From contig OZ004608.1 of assembly GCA_963924565.1 (NCBI GenBank), forward strand, positions 16,306,001 through 16,370,000: a DNA stretch of 64,000 nt. Direction: 5' to 3'. A program made the position numbers and the translations under genes. The notes below the pieces were generated by a model. The model was not told the origin of the DNA and did no database searches. It worked only from the letters and a program-made list of their open reading frames with translations. Shown here one piece after another: positions 1 to 11,887 of this stretch. How positions within the stretch are numbered: the first letter of the stretch is position 1; every line of letters starts with the position of its first letter. The DNA is from Ascidiella aspersa (taxonomy: Eukaryota).

Positions 1-379
1 GAGTTTTAATTGGTCGAATTGGCTAAACTGCAACCGAAGAGGCGTTTCGCATTGGGCACTCAACAAATTGCGCGATCTCGACACACTGATTTTATCGAGC
101 TGATTTTGACAAACGTGTTGCGAGGGCATTTATTCCACAGTTGTAAGAGTTATGATGTCGAGCGCAAAAAATGTCAAGCGCAAATATTAAACATTGCGTT
201 ATCGTGTTTCAAAAGATGTAACGACACACAATACAACGGCAATATTGCAATAAACAATATAATTTCGCGCAAAAAAAGTTCGACTCCCCCTGTTGCTATA
301 GCCTGTTATCATATATAAAATATGGATGGAAAATATAGTCCAAAAGGGCGATAGCTTTTATCGTTTATCTATAAGTTAA

Positions 380-612
380 TTTAATAGCGCGGTGAAACCG
401 TTGATTTTCTAAAAGGGAATTGGAAGATTCGCGCGCAGCGCGAAAATTTTTGCAGTTTTAATGTTAAAGTTGGCAAAAAACAGAGTTTGTATGTAGGAAT
501 TATGCCTAACCCAAACGAAACCATTAAAATCACTGCAAAAAGTTAAAATATTGAAGTCGAGCTCGCGCCCCCCCTTAGAATTCCTTGGCGCCCCCCCGGT
601 TAAGAACCGCTG
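380..612. mobile_element. hAT/Charlie-like element end (relic)
   Basis: Ends in GGTTAAGAACCGCTG (598-612), the same terminus type as other hAT MITE ends in the window (52385-99, 57165-79), preceded by GCGCCCCCC sub-terminal motifs. Left boundary uncertain. Confidence 0.4.
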
Positions 613-719
613 ATATAGATACATATATATATAAAAATAAAATATCAATATATGTGTATATATATACATATATATTGATATTTTATTTTTCATTTTCCAA
701 ATGATTCTTTTATAATCAG

Positions 720-3700
720 GCAAGGAGCACAATTTTAACACTTATGATTACGATTTCGTGGACGACCGAAGAGTTTCGTACGATTACAACTCCGTAATGC
801 ATTATGGAGATACCTCGTTCTCGTAAGTTTTATCTGTATTATGTTGTTATTCGGTGTTTTTTTTCACATCGACAACTTTCCATTCGATTCTGGTTTTAGT
901 CTGAGTACTTACTTTTCTGATATAGGTGTACAATAACGTTAAGCAAATTGTCTCTAAAACTGACTGAAATCTATATACTTACAAAAATTAAAAAAAACAT
1001 TATAATTATGCTATAGCAATTGAAGGAAATCTTATCGAAACAATTTTGGGCAAAAGAGTGTTTTTTTAAATCAAACCTGTTTTAAAAAAAAAGTTATATT
1101 ACCTTAACACTATTACAGAAACAACGGCCTTCCGACCATTGTCACCCATGACCCCGCGTTCCAAGATGTAATTGGTCAGCGTAGAACATTTAGTGAGGGT
1201 GACGTTACCAAAATAAACAGGATGTACAAATGCAGTAAGTTTTATCCTGTCTGTTTTTGAAAGACTTGAATTCTCGTTTGCTTGCAACAAAACATGAAAA
1301 AATACTTAACGATACATGTTATTTGTGAAGTATCAACTAAACAAGGAATAACAGTAACATATATGTTGTTGTGGTAAAGTATAAATTGTTGACTGATCAA
1401 ACGTGAAATATGCGTTTACTTTTTAAATTGGCAAGGCGATACGATAAGGCGATCCTATACTTGCGACTACGAGAGCACTGACGTGTGTGGATACGTGCAA
1501 GAAAATCCTACAGACGAAGCTGCTGGCTGGTTCAGGTACACCGTCGGTAAAGTAAACCAGGTAGTTACACCGGCAACTGTTCCTGGTTCTGACGGATCCC
1601 ATGGAATTACAGGCAAAGGTAATACATTGTTTTGGGGCAAATGTAACACTTTGATCGTAAAAGAAAATACCTATTTGCAAGCGAATCTTTGTAAGAACCC
1701 TTCACATAAGTGTGTGCTTTTTGTCAACATTATGTTGATTCTATCATGATTAAGAATGGTTATTTTAAAATTTCCAACTGACAGGCTCATTTATGATTTT
1801 CAACACAATCAACTCGATTGCTGGAAAAGTAGCTTCTATGAAAAGCATGGTATTCAAGTCAGTCGCCCCTCATCAATGCCTCGAGTTCTCTTACTACATG
1901 GACCTGGTTGCTGGAAGCGGTGCTCTTATGAAGTAAGCATACCGACTTAAAGCTTTTATGGATACAGGACTTAGGGTAATTCCTACTATAATAGATTTAT
2001 AGGCAACAGATGAACGAGAAAAAAAGCATTGTTTCAAAGTGTTTTGTATTATTGTCTGACATATTTTTTCTGTAATTTGAACATTGCAGAGTATACATCG
2101 CCACCATCGATCCTTTAAGCGGTGATATTCAAGAACTCGGGTCGCCAGTAACAACTTTAGCTGGAAACCACGAATCAGAGTGGAACACTGAGCGACTTAC
2201 TATCGAAGCTCCTTCGCAGTACAGACTCGTCTTTGAAGCCACCTCAGGTAATGAAAATAACCTCCGGAAAGAACAACATCCACAAAAGGTTCTCTAAACT
2301 AATTCATGTTAATAGAAAACATAAAAATGCTCTACTATTTTTTGCTTTTAAACGACGCACGAATAAACATTTTTGTATTCTAATAAACGTTAAGCCATAT
2401 AGGTTCTCAACCGGGGTGGCGCGGCACCCTTGGGTGCCATTTCTTATGCTCAAGGGTGCCGAGAAATATTTGAGAATCTTTAAGAATCTAATTTTTGCTC
2501 ATCTCTTACAACTTTTTGTGTAAGATTAGAGTGGAATTAATCCAATTATAACGTTCTACGTTGTGTAGAGTTGATGTGTGTTCTTGCAGTTCCGATATTG
2601 TGACATTCTAGTGAATTACCTACAGTGAAATATTGTAGGTATGCCGCAATCTATTTAATATTTCGGAGGGATACCGCTAGCAATAAAAGCCTGAGAAACA
2701 CTGCGTTAAGCGTGTGTGACTGTTTATTAGTGTTTGTTCATCAGAAAAAATAAAATCAGTGTATACGTTGTATGTAGGCAGTCAATCCTCCGATCTTATC
2801 GCAATCGATGACGTGAACGTGATTGACAAACCTTGCGAATCGAACTACTTCGTGATCAAGAATTACGCGGAACTAATTGACAGCGCATCACAAGGAGACT
2901 ATCTCTACAGCCCTGTCCTTTACACCGAGGATGGATACGCCGTGCAGCTTATGGTATTGCTGCTGTATTTATGAGATTGGGTGCAATTTAGCGCCTTTAA
3001 TTATGTGGCCCGAAAAAAAAAATTTTTTTTTTGGACACATGTTGTTTTTGTCCGAATTATTTTTTTTTTTTCAGTCAATTTTTTTGTTGTTCACTTTTGA
3101 CAAGGAAAAAAACATAGTTGGAACATGAAATTTTCACAACTGGTAAATACCCTCCCAAAGTTGTTTCTAATATAAAATTTTTGTGCACAAGATCTAAGGG
3201 GAGGTTTTTAGGGGGGCAAAACTGTCATTTTTTGTTAATTTTGGTTTTAAGCACTTTTCAGAGATAAAAAAATGTAACAAAATCTGATATATTTATGTAT
3301 GATGGATACATGACATATACAATGCTAAGTAACAAAATTTTAAACCTTACCCCTGAACTTTTCATCCGGGGGGTCAAAATGCACAACACTTTAGGAAATT
3401 TCAATGATATATTTACACTAGAAGGAAATGACATAAACATCTGAAAATTTCACAAATGTTAGAGAACCATTTAAAGCTGATGTTAAAATAAACATTTTAC
3501 CTCTTGAAAAAAAGGGGAGTAATTTAGGGGGGTAAAATTAAAATTCGGCCGTTTTTGTGTTTAGAGGTGTCTAAAAAACTAAAGAAAACATTGTTAAATA
3601 GTTTTCAATTATAAAGACAAATTATAGATTGCTCTTCAGGCCAATTTTGAACTCCAATTTAAAATAATTAACCTATGGGGGAAAATAACTAAACAAAAAT

Positions 3701-6700
3701 ATAGAAATTAAAGTGATTTCATTCATAGAATAAAAACTGGAAAGTGGTGTACACTGCCTCCACAATTTTTCATTTCAATCTGCGGCGGTAAAATATGTTG
3801 TTTTGTAAAAGCAATAAGTTAATTTACTAAGCCTTTTTTTAAAAGGCAAGTCGCACGCGCTTAGTTTCACTGAGACAAGCCACTTCGCACAATGAATGTT
3901 GCACGCGCTGGACAAAAAAAGCACAGTAGGCAGCCAGACGCTTCGCGGCCAGAATAAAGCAAGCGATATGAACAAATTCTGCATTGAAGGTTTTCTGCCG
4001 CTAGGTTAGAGTATATAGCTGTAAAGAACTAAATCGAGTACGTCACACTATTGACTTTTGTCCCCAATGAGAGGCGTACAGGGGTGCAAGAAAAAATTGT
4101 CAAATATTTTTTAATTATAAAGACAAGTTATAGGTTTGCTTCGCAGCCAAATTTATATTAAGACCACTGGCAATCAATCTTGTAAAAGTGCACCATGTCC
4201 AACCTATAACACGCAACTTCGGGCCACATCCGCTTTTGCCTGCTAAAGCACCGAAACTGGAAGCACAACATTGGGAGTATATTGACACTGACAAATAAGA
4301 CCCGTTGAAAGAATATAGAATAACTAAGGAATAACACCCTGGTAAAGTATAGTGGAACTGCGCTATACCCCCCTGGTATAATATAGTAGAACCGCGCTAT
4401 AACCCCCTAGCAAAATATACAAAAACCGCACACCCTGTCTAGTTTGACATTATTTTTTTGGTGCCACCGATGGTTTAAATGCCTATTGCATATTTGTGGC
4501 GCTAAATCTTTTTCTTATGTTAAGATTAAAATAGTTTTATTTGAGCGGTGTAACCTTAGATGTACGGTACACCCTGCTGGTGTGCCGTTTCTAATACTCA
4601 AGGGTGCCGATAGGTATTTAAGATATTTTTTAAATCTGATATTTGCTCAATTGGTAAGCATCTTGGTACAACTATTTTTGTGTTGCTTACAAGTTGATTG
4701 TGTTGTTTCAGTTCAATTTGTGGTGACATTTCAGTAAAATACCCAACGAAAATTCCAGTAGGTTGCCGAAAATCTATTTAATTTTTTTGAGAAATTACTG
4801 ATCTATGGCTACATTATCCAGAAAATATGGATGGTATTAGGTAACCATTATCCTTGTAGCGTCTACTTCTGCGTCCAGGCCTACGCAGACGCCCAAACGG
4901 GTACTTCAGGTTTGACGATTCCAAAACGCGCCCTCCTACACAGTTCTCTCCCCCAAAGACTCCACAAAAGCATCTAACCAAAACTTTATTATTGACACGC
5001 TTTAAAGGCTTGAAATGGCAGGACGAGCAATTATGTAGGCGAGTGAGCGGTTTTCTAAAATCAACGAATAGGCAAATTATATTTATATCAACAAAAAACA
5101 ACAAATAGCACAAATCTCACCGAAACGTTTGTGCCTGGGTCTTCAATTAAATATGTGTCGGTACGAAGCCAAACTGTAATAATAACATGATGTTTAGGTT
5201 AGTTATTGTTGGCACAATGAAAACAATTGCCGTAACAATGAACAATAATGACAATTCTTACAATTACTACACACTGAGTTATGTTTACATGTACACTTAC
5301 AACAACAACACTTACCAAAATATCAGCTTGCGATCAAATACACAGAAAATGTAACTTCACACAGTTAGGTCAAATTTAGGTTTTAAATTACTTCTGCAAA
5401 GGCATTAACAATAAAACATTAGCAGCTTAAAAACTCAGCAAACAAAACGGCTACGTTTCCAACAAAAAACGAGGCGACATCGTGACCGCATGAGGCGGTG
5501 TTTTTAACCATTTAAATTACACGGAAAGGGGAACAGTTTACAAAAATGTAGATTTGCGATGTAACAATCCTATTACCACTTTCGAGACTTTATTTATTTA
5601 AATTTTAAATATGATTACTGTAGAAAAGTGTATAAATATAAAAACTCTTTTTTGAAAACATTACAAATTTGAATAGATAGGTTTAAAAAATGCCACGAAA
5701 ATGTCGAAGGCCTGTAAAGACCTTTCACAAGTTAAATAATATTAAGTTCCTTTATCCAGGTGTACCCAGTGGGCCGAGTCGACTCAGCTCCAGGTTATAT
5801 GGCACTTTTCTTTATGTTGGCCAAAGGAGTGAACGACGACAAGCTGCAGTGGCCATTCCACAACCGACTGGTAAAAATGTCGGTGGTCGATCAGCAATCC
5901 GACACACTTACGCGCATGAATCAATTCAGTAACTACTTTACTGCGGAGGGTGGACCATGGGAAAAGCCTGTCACGGTAAATGCAATACAAGCCACTTATT
6001 AATGTCGCAAATTAAATGAACAGCTTATTTTGTTGTATTATTTTTTGGTATCTCAAACTTAAATATTGAGACATATCTTAGGTGTTTGATTAATTTTTGT
6101 TATACTTTGAAAGTGATATACAAAATACAGGGGGCAAAGGAAAGGGCAAAAGTATAAAGTGTGTATTATTTCTCATTTATTGCTTTCTAAAGAATTTTGT
6201 TTCTTTTTAAATTATTTTGCCGATAAAAAACCTTCAATTTATCCTATCATCCACAAAGGACATAATCGCTAACATGAAACAACAATGAATTTCACTCCAC
6301 TGAACAATGAATTTAACTCACAGAGTCGCAACAGTGGATATGGATACAGGTCTTTCATGTCGTTGAGTGAGATCACCAATACAAGAAATTTCATCAAGCA
6401 CAATTCGCTCATGATTTCTGTTGACGTCACTGGTAAGCAGCGTTAAAGTGCTTTGCTATAGCTGACACACTCCTTTTTTTGCTATAGCTGACACACTCCC
6501 GAAAAATTATTTAAATCCCGTACCAAAATTATTTAAAGGCAGTCTACAAGTTAGGATTCGTGTAAGAAAAATACCTTATATTACATAAAATGTTTTAACT
6601 TATTTACATATATTTACATTTTTGTATTGAATTTTTTAGTTATGTTTTTTAAAGAAAATAGGCATTTTAATAAGGTTTAAAATATATCGTACAATCAACT

Positions 6701-7639
6701 CATTTAAGTCACATGTATGATATCGTTTATAAAAATTTACCTATCCTGCCGGTAAGCCATTATACCGAGACATGTCTGTACTGATATGCTGCATACCACT
6801 TCAGAAATTTTAAAATCACTCTACAGATATGTCTCAATGGATCAACGCAACAACGTCTGCTGATCAAAGCCAGGTTGTTCGCCTGCCCAATGCCGACTAC
6901 TTGGCCGTGGAAAGTGACCAGCACGAACAGCAACGAAAGTTCTCAACAGAACTGAATTCTTCCATCGGAGAGGAAAAACACGAACAACCCGTGTCCGAAT
7001 CCGCGGCAGTTGCGATTGCAGTGGCATGTGGTTCCATCGTCTTTGTTCTGATTGTCTTCGTGCTTTTTGCTTTCAGCTACCAGCACCAGAAGCAGATGGG
7101 TGATCTTTTTGACACTTTGACGTGAGTATATACAGATGTTTTAAGTAGGATCCACAGGCGTCTTTAGAAAGCTGTGTATTTCTATAAGTAACTGATCTCC
7201 TGTTATTAGCATGTTGGGGCAAAATCTCAACTTGTACCGAAATAAGATTTTTAACTTAAGCTCTGGATATTTTTAAAGAAAACTTAAAACGAAACTTTTG
7301 TTAAAATTTAAAATTTAAATTTACGGCAAAATCACCTCGAATCAGACCTGTAAGGAGAAAAGCTCCATTGATATTACGGTAGGAATTATAGCGTTTGAAT
7401 GTATTTTGATAGCAATTTAATAAATATTTTTTGTATTAAAAGTGAAATAACATTCTACTATTTTTTTATGCGTTCCATCAATTAAAAGATCTACCTTTTG
7501 ATGTAGGACAAATGCAGGTCCTTCACTCAACTTGCATGTGTTTAACAGGAAACGAAACAGGTTTCAAACGTATCCCGACAACAAAAGTGCTTCATTTTCG
7601 GTAAAATCCAGAAAAGACAACGTTAATATGACAGCGTAG
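720..7639 (+). CDS. Meprin-like astacin metalloprotease (astacin C-terminal half, MAM, MATH/TRAF, TM); 5' exons including HExxH lie upstream of the window
   Basis: Phase-consistent GT-AG exons: 720-822 (GKEHNFNTY...YDYNSVMHYG, Met-turn), 1119-1234 (PTIVTHDPAFQDVIGQRRTFSEGDVTKINRMYKC), 1436-1618, 1785-1932, 2090-2247 and 2778-2953 (MAM: CDYE..VCGY, QCLEFSYY, IAIDDV..C; MATH start LYSPVLYTEDGY), 5760-5975 and 6324-6432 (MATH: GVNDDKLQWPF, GYG..FM, FIKHNSL), 6827-7121/7125 (TM AAVAIAVACGSIVFVLIVFVLFAF), probable last exon 7549-7639. Domain order matches meprin A subunits. Confidence 0.92.
2397..2703. mobile_element. hAT-type MITE in meprin intron
   Basis: Degenerate termini ...GGTTCTCAACC / CTGAGAAACACTG; a second diverged partial copy at about 4575-4790 (ctcaagggtgccga...tttgctca). 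Confidence 0.55.
3001..4250. mobile_element. Non-autonomous element with 12-bp inverted repeats and 3' hairpin (Helentron/HINE-like)
   Basis: ATGTGGCCCGAA 3003-14 and TTCGGGCCACAT 4218-29, followed by hairpin GCTTTTGC-CT-GCTAAAGC; no TSD seen; no coding capacity. Confidence 0.5.
4338..4429. repeat. Short tandem repeat, about 33-34 bp x 3
   Basis: ccctggta(a/t)a(g/a)tatagt(g/a)gaac(t/c)gcgctata repeated; third copy degenerate. Confidence 0.6.
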
Positions 7640-8393
7640 ATGCCGAACACCTTTAATATTGGATCATCTGCTGACAAATCGAACACTGGACCCTTATGCG
7701 CTAATTGCTTTCGATGTGTCAAATCGATTTACCGTGTGTGAATTACTGATCTAATTTAAACGTGTCAATTACCAAATCGGGTGATAAAAAAAAGAGTCAC
7801 GGACATATTTCACATTTTGATTATTCTAAGAAAAATCTTAGTCTAAAAAAACGTAGGATTATTCTACGATAAAACGCATGGCGTAACGACATAGAAAATT
7901 TCAAAATGCTATGAAACGAAAATTAAAAAATGCAGCCTGGAAAAGTGTATTCATTTCAGAAACGAGAAAACGTATTTAAGGAGTAAACAAAATTTCTAAT
8001 TAGCTTTGCACCCGGAACACAAGCTTGCGCACGAACTTATTTGTAATCGTTTATCATTTAAGGCCCCAGGCAATTGAAGGGGAAGCAGAGCAATTCCACT
8101 TCTGCGTAGAGCGTGACTGCAGTTGCTTTCGAGAACGACTCTCAAGTAAGCCGCTGTAATAATACATTTGCAGTTGCTAGTAGGTTTCGGTGATTGTACA
8201 GGCTAGTTATTTCGAAGGTGATCATGGTTAATTTAATGGTCACGTCAACCGTAAGATTAGCTCGACAGTTAAAACAAAGTTTAGTAGCTTTTAATAGAAC
8301 AAAACCAAGAAAATATTGCATATCAGAATAATTTATGTTCTTTGTAATTTGTGTCGCAGAGAATACATATGACTTCATTTTCAGTAAACTGAT

Positions 8394-10328
8394 ATGATTC
8401 CAGAAACAGATGAATCGGATTCTGAGCCAAACGAGGATGAACCTATCAAGGTTTATGACATACGATGGGCAGTTTTAGTTGTAGCTTCGATAGCAATATC
8501 TTTGAGAGGTTATAACCAATCGTGTTTTGGTATTATTAACGACGTCTATGCTGAATACTTTTCAGTATTACCATGGCAAATCGATTGGTTTGTGGTGATT
8601 CAGTCAGTTGTATTCTTCTCGGCCTCACTGCCCATGACTATGGTTACGAAACGCCTCAACTTTAAAGTGACGATATGCCTTATAACGGGAACGCTGGTAT
8701 TGGGATTTATCATTAGCGCGTGTGGAATCCTATCGCGTAATGCGGGATACGAACTTGTCTTGCTGGGTCAAGGTATCATGGGGTTTAGTAACATTTTGTC
8801 GTGGTCAATTGCCCCAGCGACTGCTGCAATTTGGTTTCCACCATCACAAGTTGCTGTGGCTGTAGCAGCACAAGTTGTGGCACGAGGGATTGGTGAAGCA
8901 ATCGGTTGTATTTTACCGCCCCTCCTCGTCAACGAAAAATCTTCACTTCAGCAGGTATTGTTTTTAGTTTGTGTTTTGATCAATAAAACTTGAGTTGTTC
9001 GAAAATAGTTATTGATCATATTTTTTCGCATGTCAAATTTGAGGTAATACGTTTACTGACTGTTTTGTGATAAATAAAAAACAAGGACGCCGAAATAACG
9101 AACAAAAATAAGTTTAAGGATCTTATTCCATGTAATAGCTAAATTGTGCTATCATTTTTGTCATTATTTTACTCGCCATCCAAAATCCCAAACATTTCCA
9201 AAATCGCATTGTTTTAACAAACTATAAGGAAACAGCAAGATAAACAACAAACGCGTTTGCGATCAAAACTACGATGCACGCATAAACGACAGTCGGTATT
9301 CCCTATAATCCCCTAGTAACATAATTTAAATTATTTTGGCCGGCCGCCACGTTGGAGCGCCGCTTGGTAAATAAACAGCCCGGACAATGCAGCAACATTA
9401 CGTAAGGATATAACAAGCCAGACCTACGTACGACGGTTGACTAACTTAACCTAATTTAGCGTAACCTTTTTTGCAGGTCGAAATGAATCTTCTTTGGATG
9501 TTCATTACTTTGGGATCACTCGCCTTCTTGCTTTTTATCGTATGCGTTACGGTGATGAAAAGCAAACCACGTTCACCGCCAAGTCGCGCCCAGGCTGCTG
9601 CCATTCGCGTAGCCCGGAGAACGCAACCTCGTGATTTCAGAAGCGCAATTGCTGAATTCTGGGCAACGGTTAAGACGCTGTTTCGTTCAAAGACATTTGT
9701 GTTTGTTTGGCTTGTTTTCGGCGCTGTAAACCCGGTTTTGCGTAACAGTAACATTTTACTTTCTTCAATGCTGAGAAAACATTTTGACTGTCAAAGGGAT
9801 ATTGATTGGCAAGTAGGCGTGGTCCTATTGATCGCGTGGTCAATGTACACGGTGGGTGGTTTTATCGCTGGTCCTTTGATCGCTTACACGCGTCGCTACA
9901 AGGAAATGGTTCTGGTAAATGTTTTATTCCTGTTTGTCACATGCCTGTTTTTGTTTGTTGGAATATACACAAGCAACCTGATAACGGTTTACATCGCCGT
10001 CAGTGCCCAGGGTCTTTTTCTAGGCATGGCAAATACTTCGCTTTTTGAACTGCTGATTGAGGTTACTTATCCTCAGCCGGCGATGTTTGTTACCATGATT
10101 GCAATAGTCGTAATGGGCCTGTTTCGGTTGCTGTACCCTATTATAGGAAGGGTGATTTTAAAGTTTGCCGGTGCAACAGCGGCAACATCTTTTCCTATCG
10201 CAACAATGTTCCTTTGCAGTCTAGTACTTTTTGCTCTGAAACCCGAATATAACCGTGAATTAGCCAACTCTAATTCTGAAAGCAGTATTTTGCTTCAATC
10301 TAATGGTGGTGAAAAAAGTAACGATTAA
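8394..10328 (+). CDS. FLVCR/SLC49-family MFS transporter, 470 aa, 2 coding exons
   Basis: Exons 8394-8954 (CAG|gtattg) and 9477-10328 (ttgcag|GTC), phase 0. Family motifs IKVYDIRWAVL, QIDW, LLGQ...AAIWFP, KSKPRSPPSRAQ, FELLIEVTYP; about 12 hydrophobic segments. Confidence 0.88.
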
Positions 10329-10692
10329 ATATTTTCTATTTGTGAAATATTTTAACACCACGACGACGCAGTGAAAAAATATTCGATTCACTTTTCTATA
10401 CATTTTGCTTCTTTATTTTTTTGCGTTACAGTCAACAAACCTGTATTGTTATTACACAGCCATTGGTTTATTTGTGAGTTATGCAATTACCATTATTATA
10501 TGTTTGACTGTTATGACGTAATTATTTTGTTAAATCTTTTTGTTTGCAGATTTTTTAAAAACACAAATCGTTTTTAACACGTGTAATCGTAGGGACAAAA
10601 AATAGCAAATATGTTTGCCAGCTCGATCCTTGGAGAAGTGGTTGCGGTAAACTCAAGGTTAGAACTCACTCGAGCAACTTGAAGACGTAAAA

Positions 10693-11275
10693 TGTTGATG
10701 ACATCGAGCAACGCGCCATGAATTCATTCCATACCCCCGCGAATTTGGCGAAGATACGTGGATGACACGTTTGGTATAATAAAAAACAACCTGATACAGC
10801 AGTTCCTGGACAACTTAAACAGCTTGTATGGAACCGATAATAAAAATCACAATGGAAACAGAGAACAAATGCTTAATTTTATTTCTGGACTCATAACGCA
10901 TTCAGATCGCTACTTGAATTTCAGATCAACACAAACGCTCGGTTGTAAACGCCCTGCTACACCGAGCTTCAAAACGTTGTACTAACAATGAGGACGAAGT
11001 TAACGAAATTGAACATGTTAAAAAGGCTATGAAAATAAACGGATACCGGCCCCGACTGGCTGTTCAAACCCCAAAACAAATCTAACCATTTAACAGCTAA
11101 ACCAGAATCTAAAGGTCTGGCTTTTATTCCTTACATTCCAGGTCTGGGAGAAAAATTAAAACGCATTTTGAAAAGTATTTTGAAAAAAGTTTTCAAACCG
11201 GCCAGAAAAATTGGAAACATTTTACCTTCACCAAAAGATTCAGTTAAACCAGAAAAATAACGTCGGTTTGTACTT
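10693..11275 (+). mobile_element. Decayed Penelope-like retroelement fragment (RT C-terminus and linker toward GIY-YIG)
   Basis: Frameshifted peptides DDIEQRAMNSF, PRIWRRYVDDTFGII, IKITMETE, THSDRYLNF.S, EIEHVKKAMKINGY, FIPYIPGLGEKLKRIL, FKPARKIGNILPSPKD, typical of Penelope-like elements. Confidence 0.8.
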
Positions 11276-11522
11276 CGTTTACACCAGAAGAGCGATTTCT
11301 ATCTATTGATATGTTGCCTGGTGGAGCTAACTCTATGTAAGATGTTGATGTTAACTTTGATCGCACACAATCACACATACTTTCCTACAGCCTTTTGTTG
11401 AGCTACCGGCAATGTTTTGAAACAACAATGGAACAATTGTTTCAGTAATTTTTATTCAACAATTCTTATCATAATTCGATGGTTGTCGGTAGCAGAAAGC
11501 GGAAGTAATTACACGCGAATGT

Positions 11523-11652
11523 GAACTATCAACAAAACAAAACTGCGGAACTGTGCTGTACTGCTGTGTATTAGGTTGCGGAAAGTCGGGAATATGAACT
11601 ATTAACGAAACAAAACTGCAAAAGTGTGCTGTGTATTAGGTTGCGGAAAGTG
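11523..11652. repeat. Local tandem duplication, about 72 bp x 2
   Basis: tgaactat.aac.aaacaaaactgc...tgctgtgtattaggttgcggaaagt occurs twice. Confidence 0.6.
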
Positions 11653-11887
11653 TACAAGTTGTGTAAAAGTTGAATATATGGATTGCAGAGCGCTGCTAAT
11701 TTTTTGTCACAACGGTTTGAGCATTTTGCATTGGCCATTTTTTCATTGATGTTTGTTGATAAAACAACAAAACAAATCGGCATTGACAATTGTGACGTAA
11801 TACATGTTTTGCTGTAAATTACTTTATCCAATTGGTTTTCATCATCCATTGTGTGTATGTTTTTTTTTATCAAATGTAGAATTAAAT

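Noticed and set aside
7639-8394. Meprin and MFS genes as a trans-spliced operon
   Set aside because: Same strand with a ttttcag just before the ATG, but about 750 bp apart; a 5' UTR intron or ordinary promoter explains it equally well, and no evidence decides.
11275-11520. Hammerhead ribozyme expected in Penelope termini
   Set aside because: No CTGANGA...GAAA core with pairing stems found; the fragment is truncated before the endonuclease.
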